A stretch of DNA of 64,000 bases from Candidatus Limnocylindrales bacterium (lineage in GTDB: Bacteria > Moduliflexota > Moduliflexia > Moduliflexales > JAUQPW01), in assembly GCA_035559535.1 (NCBI GenBank), contig DATMBG010000021.1, positions 62,001 to 126,000 on the forward strand, in the 5' to 3' direction. Below are positions 1-10,019 of this stretch, one piece after another. A program made the translations under genes and the position numbers. The first letter of the stretch is position 1, and the number at the start of each line of letters is the position of its first letter. The notes beneath the pieces are model-generated. The model saw nothing but the letters and a program-made list of their open reading frames with translations, was not told where the DNA came from and did no database searches.

Positions 1-196
1 AAAGGATCGTAGTCGCACAGTAGGTTTGAAGGGTTCCATCTACCTCTAACGTCACGGGGTGTTCGTTATCGGCCTGGACAAAGATAAACTGCTGGCCGAC
101 AAATACCCGGTCGTATAAGTAACCTATATTCTGTTTACAATGGATACATACTTCAGCGTCAGCCGGATTAGGACGGAAACAGGTGGAACAATACAT
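1..196 (-). CDS. Zinc-ribbon (CxxC-x10-CxxC) N-terminal protein, partial (runs off window start)
   Basis: Manual translation from ATG at 196: MYCSTCFRPNPADAEVCIHCKQNIGYLYDRVFVGQQFIFVQADNEHPVTLEVDG..., open to base 1; AGGAG RBS upstream. Confidence 0.7.
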   Translation of the reverse strand, partial: MYCSTCFRPNPADAEVCIHCKQNIGYLYDRVFVGQQFIFVQADNEHPVTLEVDGTLQTYCATTIL

Positions 197-325
197 AGAA
201 ATCTCCTTTTTAATAACACTGATTTAAGAGTACTGGGTATCGAGTACTAGTAAATCAGTCCAGAGGGCCTGGTAGAGTGTCTAGGCAGATCTGGTAGACG
301 TAGAAATTCTCTTTCCTTTCAGGGA

Positions 326-2233
326 TTACGGCCTGGGGAAAGCGGGAGGCATTGGCTCGATACAACCACTTCGACCCGCGTTCCGACAACGATCGTACTC
401 ATCTTTTCTGCTATCGTAGTCGAGCCAGGCGTCTGCAGCGTCATTGGCCTGCCGCTCACCCATCAAATAGCTAAAGCGCTCAGCTTCGTTTCGGAATACC
501 CTGCCTCTGGGATCTCGATAAGTACGAAACCCGATGAGTTGCCGTTCCTCCTCTGTACGGAAGGTAACGCTCAGGATTTGTCGCAGGTGCCGGGCCATAT
601 AGGCTGCCTGGGCGTGGCCGTGTGCTGCGGCTTTATCGTACCAGAAGATGGCGGTGTTACGATCCTGGGGAACCCCCATACCATACTCGTAAGCGCGTCC
701 TAAGCGGAACTCGCCCAGGTCATGGCCTTGCCTGGCACTCAAGGCATACCAATAGGCAGCGGTCATCCAATCCTCGGGTACCCCCTTGCCATCTTCGTAA
801 AGGGCACCCAGGTTGCTCTGCGCCGTAGCGTTACCCTGCCGGGCCGAGAGCTGATACCACCGAGCTGCTTCGGTGTAATTCTGGAGGACTCCTTCCCCGT
901 ACTCATATTGATACCCTATCTGTAATTGAGCCTGATCATAACCCAGTTTTGCCGCCTCCAGAAACCGTTGTGCGGCCGCTGCATAGTCCCCGGCGAGATA
1001 AAGTTCTTTGCCCTGCTCAAAGAGCGTGCGGGCATGGGTGGTTGCCTCGGTACTGGGGGTCGAGGGCTGACTTTGAATCGCATCGGAAGTAGATCCCCTT
1101 TCAGGTAGGGTCGACTGCGCCATCCCTGGTTTCGGTGGGGACGGAAAAGACCTGTCGTCTCTATCTGGTTCCTTGAGGTTCGTCTGTATCTCACTACTTC
1201 GTCGCCACACACCTGTGCCGAGATTACCTGTGGCTATCAGCGTGTCTGTATCCGGCAATTGATAAGTGCCCTCATCTGTATAACCGTGGGTTGACTTTAA
1301 ACTCCAATGTCCGTCCTTGATCGTAACACTTCCGCTATGGGGGGCCGGAGAGCCGGGCCCTTCACTTCGGAAGTTGTAAGTACCATCAGATTGGATCTCC
1401 CATATCCAGCGTGCCACACCCCTTGCATTGGGTACCTTGAGTTCCCAGATACCCACCACTGACGGCTCAACCGGACCGACAATGGCCGAAGTAGTTTCCG
1501 AAGGTTGTAACTTTGAGGAATCTTTCTTACCCACACGGACCCATAGTATAGTACCTTCCTTATCGGTCATCTCCAACCTATCGGCCTGAAGAATTTCATA
1601 GGTAGCTTCTGTGATCGGTCCATCAACCGGTATCATCTTCAACTGCCCATTGTCGGCTTCCACATGCATCTTAACTTCTGCACTCGAAATGACACGAATC
1701 GAATGGCCATTTGGACTGATCCGCCAAACCAGGGTCAACGGAATACCGTCCTTTACTACACTTGCCTGCCAGAGACCCACCAGGGCCGAATTTAATGGAT
1801 TTTGCGGAGACCCTCCTTGAGGAGCAGCCAAAACCTTATCTAAAAAAATAGGATCTATACCCGACGGTCGTGTTCCGGACGGAATCCGGGTCCATTGAAT
1901 TTCATCATAAGGGGATCCGGCTTCCTGGGTCGAAAAGGCATTGGTACTCTTCACAGCATATTTGCCATGGGCAAGATCCCCAGGCTTATTGGGAACCCTT
2001 ACCGCCCAACTTTCCGGGTTTGTAATGAGGAACCCGGTCTCTTCGGTGACAAGGTTAACGGACGCCTCACCGGTCGGACGAATAACCCAGAGAATACGAA
2101 ACTTCGTTCCTCTGGTCTGGTCATCTTTACTGGTAAGCCAACTTCCAACCAGGGCCGGATCCACGGTTCCCGCGTAGGAAAGTGTGTTGCTTAGAAGGAT
2201 TATCATAGTCAGTATTCCATATAGGTAGCGCAT
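326..2233 (-). CDS. Secreted Sel1-like repeat protein with three N-terminal repeated (lipocalin-like) modules
   Basis: Signal peptide MRYLYGILTMIILLSNTLSYA; repeats DPALVGSW / NSALVGLW / EPSVVGIW; Sel1 repeats (AQLQIGYQYEYGEGV, AQSNLGALYEDGKGV, GEFRLGRAYEYGMGV); start moved to ATG 2233 because AAGGAGGT precedes it. Confidence 0.8.
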   Translation of the reverse strand: MRYLYGILTMIILLSNTLSYAGTVDPALVGSWLTSKDDQTRGTKFRILWVIRPTGEASVNLVTEETGFLITNPESWAVRVPNKPGDLAHGKYAVKSTNAFSTQEAGSPYDEIQWTRIPSGTRPSGIDPIFLDKVLAAPQGGSPQNPLNSALVGLWQASVVKDGIPLTLVWRISPNGHSIRVISSAEVKMHVEADNGQLKMIPVDGPITEATYEILQADRLEMTDKEGTILWVRVGKKDSSKLQPSETTSAIVGPVEPSVVGIWELKVPNARGVARWIWEIQSDGTYNFRSEGPGSPAPHSGSVTIKDGHWSLKSTHGYTDEGTYQLPDTDTLIATGNLGTGVWRRSSEIQTNLKEPDRDDRSFPSPPKPGMAQSTLPERGSTSDAIQSQPSTPSTEATTHARTLFEQGKELYLAGDYAAAAQRFLEAAKLGYDQAQLQIGYQYEYGEGVLQNYTEAARWYQLSARQGNATAQSNLGALYEDGKGVPEDWMTAAYWYALSARQGHDLGEFRLGRAYEYGMGVPQDRNTAIFWYDKAAAHGHAQAAYMARHLRQILSVTFRTEEERQLIGFRTYRDPRGRVFRNEAERFSYLMGERQANDAADAWLDYDSRKDEYDRCRNAGRSGCIEPMPPAFPRP

Positions 2234-2446
2234 AAATACCTCCTTAATAATTACCACCCTCCATAATCTCCTTTGAATTCCCGCTAAGGATTCTAGAAGC
2301 CTTATAGGAAGGTCTTATTTTTTCTTTATGGATATAGACACAATAATGAAGGATTATTTAACGGTTGGGGCCTCATTTTTTCAAAAATTTTCCAAGACAA
2401 AGCCTCAAGGGGCTTAAGTTAAGGCCCCCTCTTGAGAGTTCTTTAA

Positions 2447-2647
2447 GGTTTAGTACCGGAAGCATTGGATCATCGACTCCGAATTGTACGTCCTATACTT
2501 CGGGATTTTGTCCATCCTATCGAGGTTCGTCGACTGAGACTTGGTCAGGCTTCCATCGATTTAAAATTTGTTTATACTTCTGACCTCAGCGTTGCTGTGA
2601 AGGCTCTCAAGGTCGATGGGCAACTGGACATAATCGTAGAATTCTAG
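2447..2647 (+). pseudogene. C-terminal remnant of an amylo-alpha-1,6-glucosidase (glycogen debranching) gene
   Basis: GLVPEALDHRLRIVRPILRDFVHPIEVRRLRLGQASIDLKF...VAVKALKVDGQLDIIVEF resembles the C-terminal beta domain of that family; in-frame TAA just upstream, no RBS. Confidence 0.5.
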
Positions 2648-2704
2648 CCATCAAACGAGACGTTTGATCTACTGGAATGATCCCCTAACATTACAGACTC
2701 AGGA

Positions 2705-4744
2705 CTATTCTGTCGTTTTCACCCAGCATCTGAGTACCTCGGCTACACTCCAGGCCTGAGCCACACACCCTCGGGGTGTGAAGGGAGGTTCTGCGTCGAA
2801 GATTTCGCTAATGGAACCGATGCAGGCTTCCCTTAAATGGGGCATAAATCCCTGGAGAAAACGCCGGGCTCCCTTACGATCTTCAGGGTATACCTTAAGC
2901 CATGCATCCACAAAGGGTCCGATCAACCAGGCCCAAACCGTTCCCTGGTGATAGGCGGCATCCCGGGCACGAAGGTCACCATCATAGGTTGGTTTATAGT
3001 CTGGATGGTCCGGAGCGAGTGAACGAAGTCCTACCGGGGTCAGCAAACGCTTCTGTACCACCTCCAGGACAGGCTTCCATTTTGCCGGATCGAGAATGGG
3101 ATGGCGAAGCGAAATGGCAAATATCTGATTAGGTCGGCAAGCCGGATCATCACCCTGTTCCCCATCCACCACGTCATAGAGATATCCTCCTTTTTCATAC
3201 CAGAAGCGTTGGTTGAAGGAGCGATAGGCTTGTTCGGCATGTTGAGCTAGAGAGTGGGCAACTTCCTCTCCGAGTCCTTTACGGGTCCATTCTTCTAAAA
3301 GACGTAGGGCATTGTACCAAAGGGCATTGATTTCCACCGCCTTGCCTCGACGAGGGGTTACGACCCAATCTCCTACCTTGGCATCCATCCAGGTCAGTTG
3401 ATATCCTTCCTGCCCTTGAGAGAGAAGCCCATCTTTGGGGTCGACATGAATTCCAAACCGGGTACCCCGAAGATGGTGTTCAACAATATCGAGAAGTTTA
3501 GGAAGGATGAGCGTAAGGGTTTCGTAATCGTTGGTGACTTCAAGGTAACGATCCAGGGCATGGAAGAACCAAAGCGTTGCATCGGCAGTATGATAGAGAC
3601 CTTCTTTCTCTCCCTCGGGGAATAAGTTCGGGATGAGCCCATCTCGAATATAGTGGGAGAAGGTACGAAGGATGTAGCCGGCTTCCAGGTGACGTCCGGT
3701 TGTTAAGGTCAATCCTTCCAGACTGATCATGGTATCTCGCCCCCAGTCTGTGAACCAATGATAACCGGCAATGATGGTACGTACTTCATCCCCAGAAGCA
3801 CGGGCACGTGCAGCATCTTCGATTCGACCGGCGGGGGTAATGATAAATTGATCGGCTGCGAAGACAAGCTCCCCGGCCAGACCTGTTTGGGCTTTGGGAT
3901 GGGCCATGGAAATCAGTCGCCGTCGACGTTCATATTCGGCTTCCAAAGCCTCTTCGGGTTTAAGGGCAAAGATGGTTTCCCAGGCTCCGGTTGAAGCAAC
4001 CAAAGTCGCCGGCTGGTCTTTAGTTAAATCAACCCGAAAATACCCCGGACTCCAGAGATCCCCCGTAGCTTCATACCCCCGGCGGGCTTCGACACGATAG
4101 AAGATATTCTGAAGTTTTTTCCCATCCAGGGTAAAGGCTCCCCTCTGACCGTATAATTTCATCCGTAACGGAGGAGTCTGAGCATTTTCGGCCAACTCAT
4201 AGCGATCTTCTACAGCCGTTAAGGTATAAGGCTCTGCAGGTAGTTCACTGACCGGGGCATCGTGAGAACGGAAATGAACCGACGGACGAAGCTTTAGCCG
4301 AATAGTACCGTCTCCAGAAATCAAACTGTAATGGATGTACACCGTATTCTGCATGTGGGGAAGGAAAATCCGCTTTTCGATCACAAATCCTCCGACTTCG
4401 TAGCGCCAGACGGGCAAACCTGCATCGAGTCGGAACTCCGTTAAATATTCAATTCCGTGTAATTCTAATATTCCATCGAGTCGTTCCTCCCCACTGAATC
4501 GTAGGATAGTTCCATCTGGAAGCCTGACTAACTCCGACAAGTGACTCAGCATGACTCTCCGTCCAAGGGGAGCAGGAAGTGCGGCTATCAGCAGTCCATG
4601 ATAACGTCGGGTAATAGCCCCAGCCAGGGTACCTGAAGCATAACCGCCAAGTCCGTTAGTTACCAGCCATTCACGGGTTAAGAGAAGTTCTGGATCGGCA
4701 TTACCGGATCCGGACCATGGTAATTTAAGAATTAAGTTCTCCAT
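2705..4744 (-). CDS. Glycogen debranching enzyme (amylo-alpha-1,6-glucosidase, GDE_N + GDE_C)
   Basis: EWLVTNGLGGYASGT, RRYHGLLIAA, IIAGYHWFTDWGRDTMISL, LTWMDAKV, AYHQGTVWAWL, GCVAQAWSVAE. Confidence 0.92.
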   Translation of the reverse strand: MENLILKLPWSGSGNADPELLLTREWLVTNGLGGYASGTLAGAITRRYHGLLIAALPAPLGRRVMLSHLSELVRLPDGTILRFSGEERLDGILELHGIEYLTEFRLDAGLPVWRYEVGGFVIEKRIFLPHMQNTVYIHYSLISGDGTIRLKLRPSVHFRSHDAPVSELPAEPYTLTAVEDRYELAENAQTPPLRMKLYGQRGAFTLDGKKLQNIFYRVEARRGYEATGDLWSPGYFRVDLTKDQPATLVASTGAWETIFALKPEEALEAEYERRRRLISMAHPKAQTGLAGELVFAADQFIITPAGRIEDAARARASGDEVRTIIAGYHWFTDWGRDTMISLEGLTLTTGRHLEAGYILRTFSHYIRDGLIPNLFPEGEKEGLYHTADATLWFFHALDRYLEVTNDYETLTLILPKLLDIVEHHLRGTRFGIHVDPKDGLLSQGQEGYQLTWMDAKVGDWVVTPRRGKAVEINALWYNALRLLEEWTRKGLGEEVAHSLAQHAEQAYRSFNQRFWYEKGGYLYDVVDGEQGDDPACRPNQIFAISLRHPILDPAKWKPVLEVVQKRLLTPVGLRSLAPDHPDYKPTYDGDLRARDAAYHQGTVWAWLIGPFVDAWLKVYPEDRKGARRFLQGFMPHLREACIGSISEIFDAEPPFTPRGCVAQAWSVAEVLRCWVKTTE

Positions 4745-4814
4745 AACGGGGAGTTAGAATGTAGAAATCAGATGCCAGAAGCTTGACGTAAATCAGAGTG
4801 TTGACGTTTAACTT

Positions 4815-6776
4815 CTAGCTTCTGGATTTCTCTTCATCTTCAGAGGGTATTTTCATTTTTGGGGCCAGAACAACGGCAGCTTCTCCGGGAATCCGCCAGT
4901 TTTCTTCCGTATCCAGGGGTGCCGTACCTCCTCCTCCGTAACGAAGATCCTCACTAGACCACAGAATCTCCCAAAGCATGCCCTCCGGAGGGGCCAACAA
5001 AGGCTCTGGAGCCGGATCAAAATGCAGGTCTCGACCCAGATTAACCAGTAAAAGTCGATCATCTCCCTTATCTCCAAAAAAGCGCAGGACGAAAGCTTGG
5101 GCCCCCAGTACGGCTCCATCCACACCTCCTTTACGCTGGGCTTTAAAGACCGGATCTTGACGCCGAAGTTTCAAAAGATCCCGATGTAAGGCATATATCT
5201 CGGCATGGCTCTGGCGTTCAGATAGATTTAGCTTCGAGCGCTCGAAGGTTTCAGGATTGGCGGGATCGGGAAGACAAGCCTGTACCTCGGGAAGGGCCAG
5301 ACTTCGGAACTGTTTAAGAAATTCCCCACGACCCTTGCAAACAAGTTTAGCAAGCTCTTCTTTATGATCCGCAAAATAGAAAAATGGACTCGAGGCAGCA
5401 AACTCCTGGCCTTGAAAAAGCATTGGAGTCCCAGGCCCCAGGAGCATAAGAGCCGTTATGGCCTTATAACGACCAGGACTGGTTAGATGATGGCAACGGA
5501 GACCACGCCCGGAATTTGCTATTTGATCATGGTTTTGGATAAAGGTGATGAAGGCAGCCGGTTTTAATCCAAAAGTTGGAGTCCCTCGACGTTTTTTCTG
5601 CCAGGAATAGTACTGGCCTTGATAAAGGAAACCCCATTTAACGGCGGAGATAAACTCCTGGGGCGTGCCCAGGTAGTCGGTGTAATAAGCCTCGTTGTGT
5701 CCGGTCATGGCTACCATAGCAGTGTGGTGGAAATCATCATTCCATAGGGCATCTATCCCATAACCGCCTTGTTCCTGGGGTCGTAGGAGCTTTACCTGCT
5801 GGGGCTCGTTCTCTCCAATGACAAGCGTTGAACGACCTCGAGCAGCTTCTCGAACCCGCCGGGTTATGGCTGCAAGGATATGATCGGGCGATTTATCATA
5901 TATATTTTGGGTGGCATCCAACCGTAATCCATCAAAGTGAAACTCATCGACCCAATAGCCTGCATTGGCAATGAAGAACTCTCGTACAGGACCGGAGTTC
6001 TCATCATCGAAATTGATGGCTTCCCCCCAGTCGGTTTTATAACGATCCGTAAAATAATCTTTAGAGAACTGACCCAAATAGTTCCCATCGGGTCCCAAAT
6101 GATTATAAACCACATCCAGGATGACCCCAATTCCAACGGCATGGGCACGGTCGATAAAGCGACGAAGGTCGTCTGGTTTCCCATAGAGGTGGGTCGGTGC
6201 AAACAGATCTACTCCATCATAACCCCAACCGAAGCGCCCTGGAAATTCTGCAATAGGCATGATTTCCAGTACAGTAATACCCAGGGCTGCTAACTCCGGT
6301 AATTCACGACTTGCAGCCTCCCAGGTCCCTTCCCGGGTAAAAGTTCCTATGTGCATTTCGTAGAGGATCTGCCCTTCAAGGCGAATACCTTGCCATTCTT
6401 TATCCGTCCATGGAAACCCCCCAGGATCAATCACTTGGGATGGGCCGTGGGGTCCTTCGGGTTGAAAACGAGAAGCCGGATCTGGATATAAGAAATCTCT
6501 TCCATCGAGCCGGTAACGATAAAGCGTCCCGTCTCCCGCTTCGGGAACCCATCCTGAAAAATAACCCGATGCCTCAGGCTTTAATTCAAGGAAGAAAACC
6601 CTGTCGGATCTGTACCCAGGACCTCCTTCTAGAATGACCTCCACCTTCCGACAACGGGGAGCCCAAACCCTGAAATGAACCCCTCCTTCGGGTAATACTT
6701 CCGCTCCTATGGGAAGCCGTCTTTGTCGTTCTATATTACCCATCGATCTAACGGTTTTGGTCTCTTCTCCTGGCAT
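4815..6776 (-). CDS. treZ: Malto-oligosyltrehalose trehalohydrolase (GH13)
   Basis: FRVWAP, PDPASRFQPEGPHGPS, YEMHIGTFT, WGYDGV, DVVYNHLGPDGNYL, GLRLDAT, QNHDQIAN; start set at ATG 6776 (AAGGAG RBS) rather than 6941. Confidence 0.9.
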   Translation of the reverse strand: MPGEETKTVRSMGNIERQRRLPIGAEVLPEGGVHFRVWAPRCRKVEVILEGGPGYRSDRVFFLELKPEASGYFSGWVPEAGDGTLYRYRLDGRDFLYPDPASRFQPEGPHGPSQVIDPGGFPWTDKEWQGIRLEGQILYEMHIGTFTREGTWEAASRELPELAALGITVLEIMPIAEFPGRFGWGYDGVDLFAPTHLYGKPDDLRRFIDRAHAVGIGVILDVVYNHLGPDGNYLGQFSKDYFTDRYKTDWGEAINFDDENSGPVREFFIANAGYWVDEFHFDGLRLDATQNIYDKSPDHILAAITRRVREAARGRSTLVIGENEPQQVKLLRPQEQGGYGIDALWNDDFHHTAMVAMTGHNEAYYTDYLGTPQEFISAVKWGFLYQGQYYSWQKKRRGTPTFGLKPAAFITFIQNHDQIANSGRGLRCHHLTSPGRYKAITALMLLGPGTPMLFQGQEFAASSPFFYFADHKEELAKLVCKGRGEFLKQFRSLALPEVQACLPDPANPETFERSKLNLSERQSHAEIYALHRDLLKLRRQDPVFKAQRKGGVDGAVLGAQAFVLRFFGDKGDDRLLLVNLGRDLHFDPAPEPLLAPPEGMLWEILWSSEDLRYGGGGTAPLDTEENWRIPGEAAVVLAPKMKIPSEDEEKSRS

Positions 6777-6885
6777 GGCTCTTCTCCTTATTTTTGCACA
6801 GCTTCCTTTAGGATAGTGGAGATGCTTGTAACTAAAGGATTTTGGTATATAAGTTCGCAAATTTTCTGCCAACCGGTCACCAGGC

Positions 6886-7410
6886 CTATAGAAAAAACAC
6901 GCGAAATTTAAATGCTCCACAAATTCTCCAAAAGATTGCAAGTGGCGGAATCAATGCGGAGGTTATAATCACTTCTACCACAAGATCGGGAACATGTGAA
7001 GTTTGATGTAAACGTTGGATACAAAAACGTCCTGTCATCGATACCCAAAGGCCAGTTGCACTTAATATAAGTCGAATCCGGTTGTTCAATAAACCCAGAA
7101 GCATTCCCAGTAAGGAACCTACTATACCATAGTAATGCCAGGGTGGGGTATTTGGGATGCGCTGACGATATAACTGGGGATATTTTTTATACAAAAGTGC
7201 ATTGAACAGGCTTTTGCGCCGTTGAAATAAGCTGATACCCCGGGTTGCAGCCCGTATCGGATGGATGGCAACGGCTTCCGGTGCATATACAGATAAAGAC
7301 GAGTCCTGCTCAGTTTCCGAGTGCTCTAGAAGCGTAAAGAAAAGATCGCGGTCTTCACGCCAGGCAGTTGAAAAGCGCTCATCGAAGCCATCAGGGGAAG
7401 TGTCACGATA
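6886..7410 (-). pseudogene. N-terminally truncated family 2 glycosyltransferase
   Basis: Begins at GFDERFSTAWREDRDLFF (the GGFDE..F..ED region late in GT2 domains), followed by a C-terminal TM segment; the N-terminal nucleotide-binding/DxD part is absent. Confidence 0.6.
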
Positions 7411-7998
7411 ATTCGTCCCCAAACCCCTATGATTCTGTTATTTTTAAAAGCACTGGAGGAAGTATTCTGAGGATTTCTAACTCCTTCTTAAAAGAGTCCA
7501 CTTTTAGCTATCCTAACCCAGACAGCATAGAAACGTACATTTCTTATCCATTTCTTCACCTGAAGTGGAACTACTGTTTCTGAGGAGCAAGTCATATAAT
7601 ATTATATAAATATCTTTTCTTTAAATAATTATCTTAAATTTAACTAAAATATCTTAAAGCAGAGGGTTCTCCTTCCGTTAATCAGCTGGATCTGAAGAGT
7701 TCTGGACTGCTCTTTACGTTAAGGGGGTAAGAGAGGGTTAAAGCATACCCATTTTTAAGATAGGAAGAAGAAGATTTATAAATTTTTCTCGGATCTTATT
7801 ATAGTTATTTTCTTATTTCAGGGGAGAGAATAAATCAGGTAATATTTTACCCTTTTTAGTTTCATTATCCCATAAAGATTTTATTACCTTTAATTTTGTA
7901 TATTTCATCTGAATATAAAAGTTCTTAATTTTAATATACTTAGATCCTATGAAGGGAATACCTTTGAAACAACCAAAACTATCTTTTATGAGAAAAAC

Positions 7999-8014
7999 TG
8001 GTATAAATATTGCT
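7999..8014 (+). promoter_or_regulatory. Putative sigma54 (-24/-12) promoter
   Basis: TGGTAT-AAATA-TTGCT, correct GG-N10-GC spacing, within an AT-rich intergenic region about 145 nt before ATG 8159. Confidence 0.5.
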
Positions 8015-8158
8015 TTATTTAGTGAATTGAGTATTAAATAGGTTAACTATTTAATACTCGGAGATGTGCGTAACACCTCAATTTAATTTATTAAAACGAG
8101 TCCAGGCAAAAGCCCTTTTGCTTGAGACTTGGAAGTTTCCAATATAAGGAGGTTCAGT

Positions 8159-8698
8159 ATGATGAAGAAATTTGCTATAATTGTTTTGGCTTTAGCCGTT
8201 GCTACAATCTGGGCAGGGATCGGCTATGCTCAGCAACCTTCAAGCCAACAACCCGGTGCCCCGAGTAGTCAACAGCCCAGCAGCCAACAACCCGGCAGTC
8301 AGCAGCAGCCTGCAGCGGGTCAAACAGGTAGTGAAATGGGAAAAACCATTTCTGGAACCGTGAAAAGTGTGGACCCGGCCAACAAAACGATTACCGTCGA
8401 ATTAAATAAAGACTGGGGAAACAAGAAAAAAGGTGAGACCATGACTTTCCACGTGGGCGACAAAGTTAAATGGGAAGGGACCCAGTGGAAATCCCTTACC
8501 GATATAAAACCGGGTCAAACCATCGAGTTCCAGGCTTCAGAAGCCGCTGGTGGAAAACATGAAATCCAGAGCTTTAGCGGAGCCATGGGCGCTGGGGAAG
8601 GTCGTGGTGCCGGACAGACGGGAACGACAACTGAACAAGGCCGTAGCCAATCCGGGACTTCCGAGCAAGGTACCCCATCGGGTAGCCAAAACCGATAA
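8159..8698 (+). CDS. Secreted Gln/Ser/Gly-rich protein with central OB-fold-like (CusF/DUF5666-like) domain
   Basis: AAGGAGG RBS; signal peptide ending AGIGYA; QQPSS repeats; ISGTVKSVDPANKTITVE...SLTDIKPGQTIEF pattern. Confidence 0.75.
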   Translation: MMKKFAIIVLALAVATIWAGIGYAQQPSSQQPGAPSSQQPSSQQPGSQQQPAAGQTGSEMGKTISGTVKSVDPANKTITVELNKDWGNKKKGETMTFHVGDKVKWEGTQWKSLTDIKPGQTIEFQASEAAGGKHEIQSFSGAMGAGEGRGAGQTGTTTEQGRSQSGTSEQGTPSGSQNR

Positions 8699-8737
8699 GG
8701 ATGGAGCTATTTAAAGGATAAAGGAAGTCTCTGGCCT

Positions 8738-8787
8738 AAAAAAGAAGGTCGTAGGGGTTATTCCGATCTCTACGACCTTCTTTTTTT
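8738..8787. terminator. Bidirectional rho-independent terminator
   Basis: AAAAAAGAAGGTCGTAG...CTACGACCTTCTTTTTTT between convergent genes. Confidence 0.85.
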
Positions 8788-8833
8788 ATTCCTTCAGTCC
8801 TCCAGTCCAGAAACCCGGCTAAGGGTCGATCTT

Positions 8834-9931
8834 TTAAATAACTTTTTCGGTTTCTGCATCAAACAGATGCATTTTACTCATGTTAAAGTAGACGGTAATC
8901 TGCTGGTGAACTCTGGAGCTGGTGTGAGGATCAACCCGAGCGGTGAAGGAGTGTTCTCCTTTAGAGAGTTCCAAAATAACTTCTGCTCCCAGAGGTTCCA
9001 GGACATCCACCACAGCCGTTGTTTTATCCCATTCCCCACTTCTCCCTTCCGGGGTAGAGTCTATGATATCTTCAGGCCGCATTCCGAAAACTACTTCTTT
9101 TCGTATATATTTTTCATAACGCCTTTTACGCTCATCGGGTACTTTTAATCTAAAGCTTTTCATATCGATAAACAAATGATCCTTTTCGGAAACCAATGTA
9201 CCTCGGAAGAAATTCATGGGAGGACTCCCAATAAATCCGGCTACGAAGATATTGGATGGATGGTCATAAACTTCTAAAGGCGCCCCCACCTGCTGAATAA
9301 GGCCATCTTTCATGATAACAATTCGGTCTCCCATGGTCATGGCCTCCACCTGATCGTGGGTGACGTAGATCATGGTAGTTTCCAGGCGATGGTGAAGTTT
9401 AACCAGCTCTCCGCGCATGGCGACACGCAGTTTAGCATCCAGGTTACTGAGGGGTTCATCGAAGAGAAATACTTCTGGATCCCGAACAATGGCACGTCCA
9501 ACCGCAACCCTTTGGCGTTGACCACCCGAAAGTTGTTTCGGTTTTCTATCCAAAAGCTGTTCAATTCCTAAAATTTTTGCAGCCCGTCGGACCCGTTCAT
9601 CAATCTCGCTTTTAGGGAATTTCCGTAACTTTAATCCAAAAGCCATATTTTTGTAAACATTCATATGGGGATACAAAGCATAATTCTGAAATACCATGGC
9701 GATATTCCGATCCTTTGGAGCTACATCGTTAACGAGTCTTCCCCCGATGTAAATATTCCCCTCGGTTATTTCCTCTAAACCGGCAACCATACGAAGGGTC
9801 GTAGATTTACCACAGCCGGACGGACCCACCAACACGACAAACTCTTTATCTTTGATTTCTAAATCAATAGCGTTAACCGCTATGACATCATCAAATTTTT
9901 TCGTTAATTTTTCCAATATAACATTTGCCAT
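8834..9931 (-). CDS. Carbohydrate ABC transporter ATP-binding protein (MalK/UgpC family)
   Basis: GPSGCGKST, MVFQNYALYPHM, LSGGQRQRVA, DEPLSNLDAKLR, YVTHDQVEAMT. Confidence 0.95.
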   Translation of the reverse strand: MANVILEKLTKKFDDVIAVNAIDLEIKDKEFVVLVGPSGCGKSTTLRMVAGLEEITEGNIYIGGRLVNDVAPKDRNIAMVFQNYALYPHMNVYKNMAFGLKLRKFPKSEIDERVRRAAKILGIEQLLDRKPKQLSGGQRQRVAVGRAIVRDPEVFLFDEPLSNLDAKLRVAMRGELVKLHHRLETTMIYVTHDQVEAMTMGDRIVIMKDGLIQQVGAPLEVYDHPSNIFVAGFIGSPPMNFFRGTLVSEKDHLFIDMKSFRLKVPDERKRRYEKYIRKEVVFGMRPEDIIDSTPEGRSGEWDKTTAVVDVLEPLGAEVILELSKGEHSFTARVDPHTSSRVHQQITVYFNMSKMHLFDAETEKVI

Positions 9932-10019
9932 TTTTTACGTCTAATGTCTAGAGCCTGAGGTCTAAAGTCCAAAATCTTCTATCTTTTCTGACTCTGGACT
10001 CTGGACTCTGGACTTCTTC

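Noticed and set aside
6777-6941. Longer treZ N-terminus
   Set aside because: Overlaps the GT2 remnant; the RBS supports ATG 6776
9939-10014. Short tandem arrays as a CRISPR array
   Set aside because: Units are 7-9 nt with no unique spacers, and no cas genes are present
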